DNA of 64,000 nt from a virus. Positions 8,504 through 15,432 of the stretch are shown one piece after another. Position 1 is the stretch's first letter. Each line of letters starts with the position of its first letter. The notes beneath the pieces are model-generated. The model saw only the letters and a program-made list of their open reading frames with translations, searched no databases and was not told the DNA's origin. The stretch covers positions 1 through 64,000 of IMG/VR virus record IMGVR_UViG_3300044716_001642; one strand, written 5' to 3'. Both the position numbers and the translations under genes were made by a program.

Positions 8504-9175
8504 ATGACATTACTTGCCACCAATACCAAACTCGAAAAAGGAACCAAACTCGACTGGACGACAAAAGGTCTGTCCCTCGCTCCTGCTAACCTCTCTGGAA
8601 AACAGCTCTGCCCTCACCGCTCCGCTGGCTGTGAACTCGCCTGCCTCAACACCGCTGGCATGGGCGTATTCTCCAATGTTCAAGAGGCTCGAATCAATAA
8701 AACCCGCTTTCTGATCGAGAAACGCGCCGACTTTCTAGCGGCTCTCAACAAGGAACTCGTCAACCTCAACAAACGAGCAGGCAAGGGTCAGAAAATTGCT
8801 GTGCGCCTCAATGTTCTTTCCGATCTGCCTTGGCATAACATGATCGACATGAAGAGCTTCGAGAATCTTCATTTTTATGATTATACTCCTAACATGGGTC
8901 GCATGATCCAATTCTTAAATGGAGAACTCCCTGCAAACTATCACCTTACATTCAGCCGCAAAGAAAATAATCAGGCTAAGGTTGAATTGATCGTTGCAAT
9001 GGGCGGCAATGTCGCGGTCGTGTTCGACAAACTCCCCGAAAGCTATCTCGGCAAGCAAGTTGTGGACGGTGACGCAACCGACTTGCGATTCCTTGATGCT
9101 AAAGGGGTTATCGTCGGGCTGAAAGCCAAGGGCAAGGGCAAAAAAGACACATCGGGCTTCGTAGTAAAAACATAA
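8504..9175 (+). CDS. GP88-like phage protein (Cys motif, possible Fe-S protein)
   Basis: LLATNTKLEK, CPHRSAGCELACL, VRLNVLSD, FYDYT, YHLTFS, NVAVVF, DGDATDLRFLD. Confidence 0.65.
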   Translation: MTLLATNTKLEKGTKLDWTTKGLSLAPANLSGKQLCPHRSAGCELACLNTAGMGVFSNVQEARINKTRFLIEKRADFLAALNKELVNLNKRAGKGQKIAVRLNVLSDLPWHNMIDMKSFENLHFYDYTPNMGRMIQFLNGELPANYHLTFSRKENNQAKVELIVAMGGNVAVVFDKLPESYLGKQVVDGDATDLRFLDAKGVIVGLKAKGKGKKDTSGFVVKT

Positions 9176-9362
9176 CATGAAAGGACATACAACAAAAACA
9201 AACTATAAATGGAACTCACTATCATTCTTGGCTTTATACTTGGCATTTTTATGCTCTACTCTTCTAAAAATTAAATCAAAAAAAATTAACTTGACAAAAC
9301 AAACCAAAAAACCTATAAATAATAATATGATTAACCTCACTAAAACCAACAAAACCAACAAC

Positions 9363-9662
9363 ATGAACACAAACAACCGCAAAGCTCAACAACTCGCTTC
9401 ACTCATCACTGAAATCGTAATTAACAAGGGAACCTGCTTTGCAGGATTCACTTACAACGGCAAACGCCGCAACCTCACCCTCGGCGCAAAAATGGCTGGT
9501 CGCCTCGCTGGCGGCACTTCATGGGGCAAGACATACGCCAATGGCGCGATTGTAGAGCATAATAATAATCTTTATCTCCAAGGCGTTCCTAATAATGAGG
9601 ATACGACTGCCGTGGTGAAGCGGTTCAAACTCGCCGAAGTTGATAACTTTGTAATTGGTTAG
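9363..9662 (+). CDS. Hypothetical early protein, paralog of 4105..4437
   Basis: LAGGTSWGK, YLQGV, KRF; start could be 9327. Confidence 0.7.
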   Translation: MNTNNRKAQQLASLITEIVINKGTCFAGFTYNGKRRNLTLGAKMAGRLAGGTSWGKTYANGAIVEHNNNLYLQGVPNNEDTTAVVKRFKLAEVDNFVIG

Positions 9663-9680
9663 TGGTCAGGGTATAAGGGT

Positions 9681-9715
9681 AGAAACGCGCCTTGTGGTGG
9701 GGCGCGTTTCTTTTT
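9681..9715 (+). terminator. Intrinsic terminator
   Basis: AGAAACGCGCC/GGCGCGTTTCT stem followed by T-tract. Confidence 0.8.
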
Positions 9716-9734
9716 GCCCAGAAGCCTTTCCTCG

Positions 9735-9801
9735 TAAGTTGCTCAGCATCAACGACTTACGGGCCCCTCGGGCCCCTAAAGCATTGACGATCAACGAGTT
9801 A
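9735..9801 (+). repeat. 67-bp element, copy 7
   Basis: Same architecture; one sigma54-like box TTGGCATGGATCATGCT at 9806-9822. Confidence 0.95.
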
Positions 9802-9892
9802 CAACTTGGCATGGATCATGCTTGCATGGCAGAATAAAAATTAAAAAAATATCTTGACCAATAATCAAGGAGCTTGTAAGATCAATACTGTA

Positions 9893-10060
9893 ATGAATAA
9901 AGTTTATATTGTTTTCAAAGAAGAAGATTATGCAGCAGATAGATTGTTGTCTATTCATGCCACAGAAGAAGGAGCCAAAAAAGAATGCCAAATACGCTTT
10001 GAGCGTCTCGGTGGCGCAATAGATCCTTACTATTGGGAAGAAACAGAAGTTCAACCATAA
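9893..10060 (+). CDS. Hypothetical protein (start revised to 9893)
   Basis: MNKVYIVF-type small phage ORF after TTGACC promoter. Confidence 0.6.
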   Translation: MNKVYIVFKEEDYAADRLLSIHATEEGAKKECQIRFERLGGAIDPYYWEETEVQP

Positions 10061-10107
10061 AAATATCCTTGACCATTGTATAAAATTATAGCATACTCTT
10101 TTCTGTT

Positions 10108-10323
10108 ATGAACACCATCACTCGAACACCACAAATCAACATCGGCGACGACATCACCTTGAACGACGAGAAGGAGGGACGCGTTCTCTCCAAGACCATC
10201 GCGGGAATCTTGACCAACATTTTTGATGGCGAGGGCTACATTCGCAAAGTAAAGCCAACCGAAATCATTGCGCTTCGTCGTGGTAGCAATTTCTTCAAAG
10301 TCTCAATCAAGTCAAACATTTAA
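10108..10323 (+). CDS. Hypothetical protein
   Basis: ATG ORF after TTGACC promoter. Confidence 0.6.
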   Translation: MNTITRTPQINIGDDITLNDEKEGRVLSKTIAGILTNIFDGEGYIRKVKPTEIIALRRGSNFFKVSIKSNI

Positions 10324-10368
10324 TCTCATTTTAATTCAACCAACAAACCAACAAACCAACCAAACAAA

Positions 10369-10596
10369 ATGAAAATCACACGCAAATCACCATTGACAGG
10401 AATCACCCGCACCAAAGAAATTGATGTCACGATTGAGCAAATCTTAGCATGGGAAGAGGGCGAACTCATCCAGAACGCAATGCCGCAACTCTCGGCGGAC
10501 GACAGGGAGTTCGTAAAGACAGGGATCACAGGGGAAGAGTGGGATCAACTCTTTGGCGGCTCTGAGGAAGCAGAACAGGAGGAGGAACTTGTATGA
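10369..10596 (+). CDS. Hypothetical phage protein
   Basis: MKITRKSPLTG...LIQNAMPQLSADDREFVKTGIT; C/A-rich leader. Confidence 0.7.
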   Translation: MKITRKSPLTGITRTKEIDVTIEQILAWEEGELIQNAMPQLSADDREFVKTGITGEEWDQLFGGSEEAEQEEELV

Positions 10597-10892
10597 GAAA
10601 TACAACCTCACAAGATAAGTGGCTAATGGTCTTAAACTTAGCTGGACAACTGCATGATGTTCTCTTTGATGGAAAAGATGTTTATGACTACAATTTTCCA
10701 ACAGAAAAAATTCATAAGATTAAAACTCTCTGCGGATTAGTCATTGACCATGATACACTTGCAAAAATTTGTTCAGAGAAAATGATTGGTAAGAAAGTTG
10801 TATCTTCTGCATTTGATGGTAGATGGATGACAGAGGATGTGAATACGCCTTTCACTCTCTCGGTAGCTTCTGAAACCTACTGGTCTTCATAA
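10593..10892 (+). CDS. Hypothetical protein
   Basis: ATGA overlap with previous gene. Confidence 0.65.
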   Translation: MRNTTSQDKWLMVLNLAGQLHDVLFDGKDVYDYNFPTEKIHKIKTLCGLVIDHDTLAKICSEKMIGKKVVSSAFDGRWMTEDVNTPFTLSVASETYWSS

Positions 10893-10956
10893 AGCGTTAA
10901 GCCCCAGCGGTTTAGGGGCCCCTCCGGCCCGTAAGTGGTTGGTATTGAACATGTTA
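10890..10956 (+). repeat. 67-bp element, copy 8 (degenerate)
   Basis: Core GGGCCCCTCCGGCCC with 25-bp arms. Confidence 0.8.
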
Positions 10957-11092
10957 TGCATGCGTATACATATACCCATAAGTGTATGCAGAACTATCCC
11001 CGCCCTCATTATTTGCATTATTTACGGCCACCTAGGCCGCTATTTGCCCAAATTTTTTTTCTTTTTTTTGAATTTTTATTTTGAAATTTTTA

Positions 11093-11121
11093 TTGACAAT
11101 GGTGTAAAAAGACACTATATT
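11093..11121 (+). promoter_or_regulatory. sigma70-like promoter upstream of RNA locus
   Basis: TTGACA-N17-TATATT. Confidence 0.7.
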
Positions 11122-11200
11122 AGTTTTATAAGGTAGTTGGTTCCCGATGATCCAATGGGACTGGGCTTACTCGGTCGAAAACAAAATCGGAAATTGATTT

Positions 11201-11228
11201 TTGACATTTTATTTTTGTTTGGTAGATA
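11201..11228 (+). promoter_or_regulatory. sigma70-like promoter upstream of ncRNA/tRNA unit
   Basis: TTGACA-N16-TAGATA. Confidence 0.55.
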
Positions 11229-11243
11229 GAGTAGTAATACCTA

Positions 11244-11505
11244 TCCCTGTGCAATCGAAAGAGGAGTGGTGCTTAATAAGGCGTTTCGTGTGCATTCGTA
11301 TGCATCGCAGCCGCTTGCCAAATAGATTTTTAGTAGACCCGCCATGCCTCTCACTTGCAATGAGTAGTTTCTAAAGTACACGGCAACTAAGTAAGTTGAT
11401 GCACACTTTGGCGGGTGTTCTTTTACCAAGCGCAGATGCTCGCAAAGCTCTACCGCGATGGGCGACAATGCAATGTTTCCGGAAACAACATTTAACCCAT
11501 AGGGA
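11244..11505 (+). ncRNA. Unassigned ~260-nt structured RNA candidate
   Basis: Closing helix TCCCTGTG/CATAGGGA; internal 8-bp helix ACCCGCCA(11337)/TGGCGGGT(11409); several hairpins; promoter upstream; no credible sense ORF. Confidence 0.55.
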
Positions 11506-11538
11506 ACTTCAGAAGAAGTCTTGGTAATAATTCTAAAA

Positions 11539-11721
11539 CTGGAATGTTAGCTTAGAGGCAGCTATCATCTAAGGAGTGGGACTGGACGTGGAGAACTGGT
11601 AATTAGTATGGACACAATTCAAATAAGCCATACATCCTATTTATAGGTGCGGAGATGACCGTGAATTGCGTTTCACAGGACGAAGAAATTCGTAACCCCT
11701 TTGGCGTAAAAGCACACCAGT
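11539..11721 (+). ncRNA. 23S rRNA GTPase-associated-centre (L11-binding domain) mimic with 126-nt insertion
   Basis: CTGGAATGTTAGCTTAGAGGCAGCTATCATCTAAGGAGT...GCGTAAAAGCACACCAGT aligns by hand to E. coli 23S 1052-1108 at 43/57 positions, with five compensated pairs. Confidence 0.8.
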
Positions 11722-11731
11722 AAATTTTATA

Positions 11732-11817
11732 TGCGGGTTAGACTAGAGGTCAAAGTCAACGGGCTCATATCCCGTAGTCTAATATAGACACGTTTGGTTC
11801 AATTCCAACACCCGCAA
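11732..11817 (+). tRNA. tRNA-Met(CAT), initiator-like, long variable arm
   Basis: Acceptor TGCGGGT/ACCCGCA; anticodon arm ACGGG-CTCATAT-CCCGT (3 G-C pairs); A11-U24; 16-nt variable region; no encoded CCA. Confidence 0.8.
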
Positions 11818-11826
11818 ATTTTTTAA

Positions 11827-11899
11827 CGAATAGTGGCCTAATGGCTAAGGCACCCCGTTTGGGGCGGAGGGATTGGAAGTTCAAGTCTTCCCTATTCGA
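11827..11899 (+). tRNA. tRNA-Pro(TGG)
   Basis: Acceptor CGAATAG/CTATTCG, A73; loop TTTGGGG; T-loop TTCAAGT. Confidence 0.85.
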
Positions 11900-11904
11900 T
11901 TGAC

Positions 11905-12426
11905 TTAAATCTTCTCCGTAATTTTATTCTTTATTATGGGTGCTATTTTAGTTTCAAATGCTTCATCCATAATCTGTTTTTGTTTTTTTCTACTGCTTAC
12001 TTCTGAGACATTTATAATAAAAAAAGAATAGTTCATATCACACAGCTCTCTAAATTTTATACTATCTTTAAGTTTTACATCCTCAAGCTTCTTCTCTCCG
12101 AATATTGGGAAATAGTGAACTGGTCCATTTACTTCTACCGCTAAAGATATTTCTGGTATGCAAATATCTATCTCAAGACCAGATTGTAAGGTTTTCCTAT
12201 CTGACTGAATGACATTCAAAGAGGGAAATACTTCTTTTATTTTTAAGAGAAGATAATCCTCTGGAAAGCTTATATTTCTTTTGCAACCTTTATTGATATG
12301 AAAATTTTTATTAAAATACCTCATACGGCAAGATTTGCTACAGAATCTTTGATTATGCTTTGCCTTGTTGTGCTTCCTATCTTTCAAGGGTTTAAATAAT
12401 ACATTACATTCTGGACAGTTTATCAT
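11905..12426 (-). CDS. Putative homing endonuclease (Zn-finger + PD-(D/E)XK / DUF559-like)
   Basis: CPEC...FCSKSC; LEIDICIPEISLAVEVNGPVHY; abuts tRNA-Pro. Confidence 0.75.
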   Translation of the reverse strand: MINCPECNVLFKPLKDRKHNKAKHNQRFCSKSCRMRYFNKNFHINKGCKRNISFPEDYLLLKIKEVFPSLNVIQSDRKTLQSGLEIDICIPEISLAVEVNGPVHYFPIFGEKKLEDVKLKDSIKFRELCDMNYSFFIINVSEVSSRKKQKQIMDEAFETKIAPIIKNKITEKI

Positions 12427-12485
12427 ATGCTTATGATTAATTACACTTTTACATAAGCTATTAGACTTGAAAAATATCAGTCACG

Positions 12486-12552
12486 CAAACTTCTCATAAT
12501 CAATAACTTAAGGGCCCATCCGGCCCGTAAAGCCCTCTGCGTCAACAGGTTA
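12486..12552 (+). repeat. 67-bp element, copy 9
   Basis: Core GGGCCCATCCGGCCC with 25-bp arms. Confidence 0.85.
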
Positions 12553-12621
12553 TATTAAATGAATTTTTATTCAAAATAATTCTTGACCATTGTATAAAAT
12601 TCCTATACATTGATAGATGTT

Positions 12622-13167
12622 ATGAGCAACCTTGTTTCACCACTACTTGTCCCATCAGATATAAGGGAGTTTGCCGAAAATAATGTTAAGAAAGCTCTCG
12701 CCATTGGAGCATCAAAATTAAATATCCACATCCCATTTGAGGGTGTGCAATTTTTCAAAAAGAGCAGGACAGCAGGATATGTCCAACCAATGACCAGTAG
12801 CCTTGTCTATTTGAATCTTGAACTTGTCAAGCAGAATCGCCAGCATTTTGAGAAAGACACGATCCCGCATGAGGTAGCTCACCTGTTTGCAAGAAAACTT
12901 CAAGTGTTGAAGAACCTTCCAGTAGAAGGGGCGCACGGCAAAACTTGGAAAATGGTTATGCGGCGCGTGTATGGTCTTGAGCCAACTCGTTGTCATTCTT
13001 TAGACACGACTGGAATAGGAAAATGCGTTTCGCGCTTCCGATATATCTGTAATTGCAAGAAGCATGAGTTTACTGCAATCCGACATAATAAAGTTCAAAG
13101 CGGCAAGCAGTCTTATCGTTGCGGCTCTTGCAAATCTCGTTTGACATTTCTTTCAAAAATTGATTAA
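12622..13167 (+). CDS. SprT-like zinc metalloprotease (start revised to 12622)
   Basis: PHEVAH (HEXXH), HGKTWKMVM, C-terminal YICNC...YRCGSC zinc ribbon. Confidence 0.85.
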   Translation: MSNLVSPLLVPSDIREFAENNVKKALAIGASKLNIHIPFEGVQFFKKSRTAGYVQPMTSSLVYLNLELVKQNRQHFEKDTIPHEVAHLFARKLQVLKNLPVEGAHGKTWKMVMRRVYGLEPTRCHSLDTTGIGKCVSRFRYICNCKKHEFTAIRHNKVQSGKQSYRCGSCKSRLTFLSKID

Positions 13168-13207
13168 ATATAAAAGTAGAAAACAACCAACAAACCAAAA
13201 TAAAACC

Positions 13208-13663
13208 ATGCCTAACCATTGCTATAATCAACTCAAAATCTCAAGCGAAGAAGATATTCTAAATGTTCTTAATCCTTACTTGGTATTCAAGGGAGATAAC
13301 GAATACAGCTTTGACTTCAACAAGATCATTCCAGAGCCAGAAACAAATAATGGGGAAGATTGGTATTACTGGAGAATAGAGAACTGGGGGACGAAATGGG
13401 GCGGATATGATGGGAGGCTAAATGAAGATGGTTCAATGTTTTGTTTCAACACAGCTTGGTCCGCTCCGCTTCCAGTAATTAAGAAACTTGCAGAAATCAC
13501 AGGGCTGACTTTCGTTCTTGAATATATTGAAGAGGGATGTTTTTTCTGTGGTCGCTACACGGCTGGAAAAGATGGGGATTACGATGAGTTTTACAATGAG
13601 ATTGGAACAGCCCCGCAAGAACTTCTCGATAGCGTTGGCTACGAGCCATACCAAGAAGAGTGA
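13208..13663 (+). CDS. DUF1281/YubB ferredoxin-like phage protein (start revised to 13208)
   Basis: MPNHCYNQL, FDFNKIIPEP, WYYWRIENWGTKW, FNTAWSAP. Confidence 0.75.
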   Translation: MPNHCYNQLKISSEEDILNVLNPYLVFKGDNEYSFDFNKIIPEPETNNGEDWYYWRIENWGTKWGGYDGRLNEDGSMFCFNTAWSAPLPVIKKLAEITGLTFVLEYIEEGCFFCGRYTAGKDGDYDEFYNEIGTAPQELLDSVGYEPYQEE

Positions 13664-13669
13664 TCAACA

Positions 13670-13736
13670 TAAACCCCTGCGAGTCAATGACTTGCAGGCC
13701 CGTCGGGCCCGTAAGTTCCTGGCGCGCAACGGTTTA
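13670..13736 (+). repeat. 67-bp element, copy 10
   Basis: Core AGGCCCGTCGGGCCC with 25-bp arms. Confidence 0.85.
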
Positions 13737-13820
13737 TATTTTTTTAATTTTTATTCAAAATAGTTCTTGCCTATTGTCTAAAATAGTTCTATAAAAGAAT
13801 TATCAACCAAACAACCAACC

Positions 13821-13970
13821 ATGAAAATCAAACCATTCAAAATCGAGGTTGCAAAACCCAAAGCGCGGAAGAAAGCTGTGCCGCCCACCAAAGTAATCAA
13901 AGACAAGAAACAATACAGCAGAAAACAAAAGTATGCTCTATCTTTTCTCCAATGGGGGTATGAACTATGA
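13821..13970 (+). CDS. Small basic protein (49 aa, below ORF-track cutoff)
   Basis: MKIKPFKIEVAKPKARKK...; AACC leader; ATGA overlap with next gene. Confidence 0.55.
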   Translation: MKIKPFKIEVAKPKARKKAVPPTKVIKDKKQYSRKQKYALSFLQWGYEL

Positions 13971-14200
13971 CTGCCAGCCTCAAACAGAAAGCCTTCTGGT
14001 TTCACTACAATAAGCCGCTATCGCTTCAGCAGAAGAAAAACATACTAACCATCCACTTTGACGGGGCTTGTCATTTTGTGGAGGGATTAGACTGTCGAGT
14101 TCCTATCAAGACAAGAAACAGAAAAATTCAGCCGCGCTGTGTCATGGCAGGAAAAGCAACCGAGATCAAAGTAGAAAACGAAACCGCAATTATTATTTAA
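13967..14200 (+). CDS. Hypothetical phage protein
   Basis: FWFHYNKP...LTIHF...QPRCVMAG. Confidence 0.7.
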   Translation: MTASLKQKAFWFHYNKPLSLQQKKNILTIHFDGACHFVEGLDCRVPIKTRNRKIQPRCVMAGKATEIKVENETAIII

Positions 14201-14209
14201 TTAAATAAA

Positions 14210-14398
14210 ATGAAATTAGATACATTAGAAGTAGCCATATTATCAGTAATGGCATTCACCTTTGGATGCCTCATAACGCTCTTTGGGGTTCAGATAATCG
14301 TAACCGATCCACTCCGAACAGAAGCTATCCAAAAAGGATATGCCTCTTGGGAAGTAATCGACCAGTCAACAGGAAAAACTGAATTCAAATTCAAATGA
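14210..14398 (+). CDS. Small membrane protein
   Basis: N-terminal TM segment. Confidence 0.6.
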   Translation: MKLDTLEVAILSVMAFTFGCLITLFGVQIIVTDPLRTEAIQKGYASWEVIDQSTGKTEFKFK

Positions 14399-14646
14399 AA
14401 ACACAACTAAAACTAATACCAGAGCTAATACCAGAGCAAGAATACAAAATCCAAACGCGCACTCTTTGGGGATGGGGTGACTTGAAGTTTAGCGAAGATG
14501 GTCATAATTACTATACCGAAACCTTTGTTTCAAAAGAAGACGCTGAGACTGAAATAGAGGATATTGTCGAGTCTCTCGAAGAGTCAGACGAACTCTACCG
14601 AGTTGTTGTAGCCGAAGAGGTGGAAGACATAAACATCTATTGTTAG
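14395..14646 (+). CDS. Hypothetical acidic protein
   Basis: ATGA overlap; ends just before element copy 11. Confidence 0.65.
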   Translation: MKTQLKLIPELIPEQEYKIQTRTLWGWGDLKFSEDGHNYYTETFVSKEDAETEIEDIVESLEESDELYRVVVAEEVEDINIYC

Positions 14647-14650
14647 ACTA

Positions 14651-14717
14651 TAAGTGCTTGTAGCTCAATGAGTTACAGGCCCGAGGGGCCCGTAAGTTGT
14701 TCACTTACAAGCCTTTG
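14651..14717 (-). repeat. 67-bp element, copy 11 (first inverted copy, at strand switch)
   Basis: Core reads AGGCCCGAGGGGCCC on + strand, the reverse complement of the copy 1-7 core. Confidence 0.85.
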
Positions 14718-14881
14718 CATTTTACTTTTTAATTGAAAACTTTTCGATCTCTCCTGTGCGGAAGAGCATTTGTATATATGTCTCTTCACCAAAGAGATAC
14801 AACGGGCGAGGGTCTGGCTCTCTAAACGGGAAGATGATGCTCAATACTTTATTTAGAATTTTTTTAATTAGCTTTTCCATA

Positions 14882-15079
14882 TTATTTATTTGATTTAATT
14901 TTAATCGATCCAAGAAGAAGGAAGGCGGCAAGCCATGTCCAGAAGGTGAATGGTATCCCAAGACGGAATAACTCATTCAATGACCAGATAATTGCAAGCG
15001 GCACAATGGCTGAATAAGCCGCCACAAATAAAAATCCTCCAAATAACATTCCTAAAACTTCTGCTATATCTTTTTTCAT
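14882..15079 (-). CDS. Small membrane protein
   Basis: Two hydrophobic segments. Confidence 0.65.
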   Translation of the reverse strand: MKKDIAEVLGMLFGGFLFVAAYSAIVPLAIIWSLNELFRLGIPFTFWTWLAAFLLLGSIKIKSNK

Positions 15080-15092
15080 TTTAGTTCTTCTC

Positions 15093-15413
15093 CTATGCTT
15101 CTATCTGCAAATTGCGTACATCGGATTCGCCAGCTTGCCTTATCATATACCACTCTTCGGTTTGCGCTGTGCCGTTTTTAAGATTATACTCGATGTTGTC
15201 GCCGTAGCTGTTGCCATCACCAGCTCCAGAATAATCGTAAACCTCCCATACCCAATCTTCGATTTCTGTGGCAAAGGACTCGATAAACTTTGGCGTCATG
15301 CCAACCTCAAGATAGCCATTATCGTCGCCTCCGCTGAAGTTAAGGACGATGGTTTCGATTCCAAGCTCTTTGGCTTTGTTGTAGATTGCTTTGCTTAATG
15401 GTTTGATGTTCAT
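15093..15413 (-). CDS. DUF6878-like hypothetical protein
   Basis: GIETIVLNFSGGDDNGYLE; adjacent to DUF6915-like gene; family recalled, not searched. Confidence 0.5.
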   Translation of the reverse strand: MNIKPLSKAIYNKAKELGIETIVLNFSGGDDNGYLEVGMTPKFIESFATEIEDWVWEVYDYSGAGDGNSYGDNIEYNLKNGTAQTEEWYMIRQAGESDVRNLQIEA

Positions 15414-15432
15414 AATGGTATTTTTTCTATTT

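Noticed and set aside
11141-11182. Hammerhead ribozyme (CCGATGA...CGAAA)
   Set aside because: Core reads CCGAUGA rather than CUGAUGA, and stems II/III cannot be built convincingly.
11241-11468. 75-aa minus-strand ORF
   Set aside because: Antisense to the promoter-driven structured RNA; no protein motifs.
11244-11505. tmRNA, RNase P RNA or group I intron
   Set aside because: No tRNA-like GGGGC/TTCGA ends, no GAGGAAAGTCC, no P7 signature found by eye.
11539-11721. A true 23S rRNA gene or host contamination
   Set aside because: Only a 57-nt domain matches, it is interrupted, and the flanks are phage tRNA and phage repeats.
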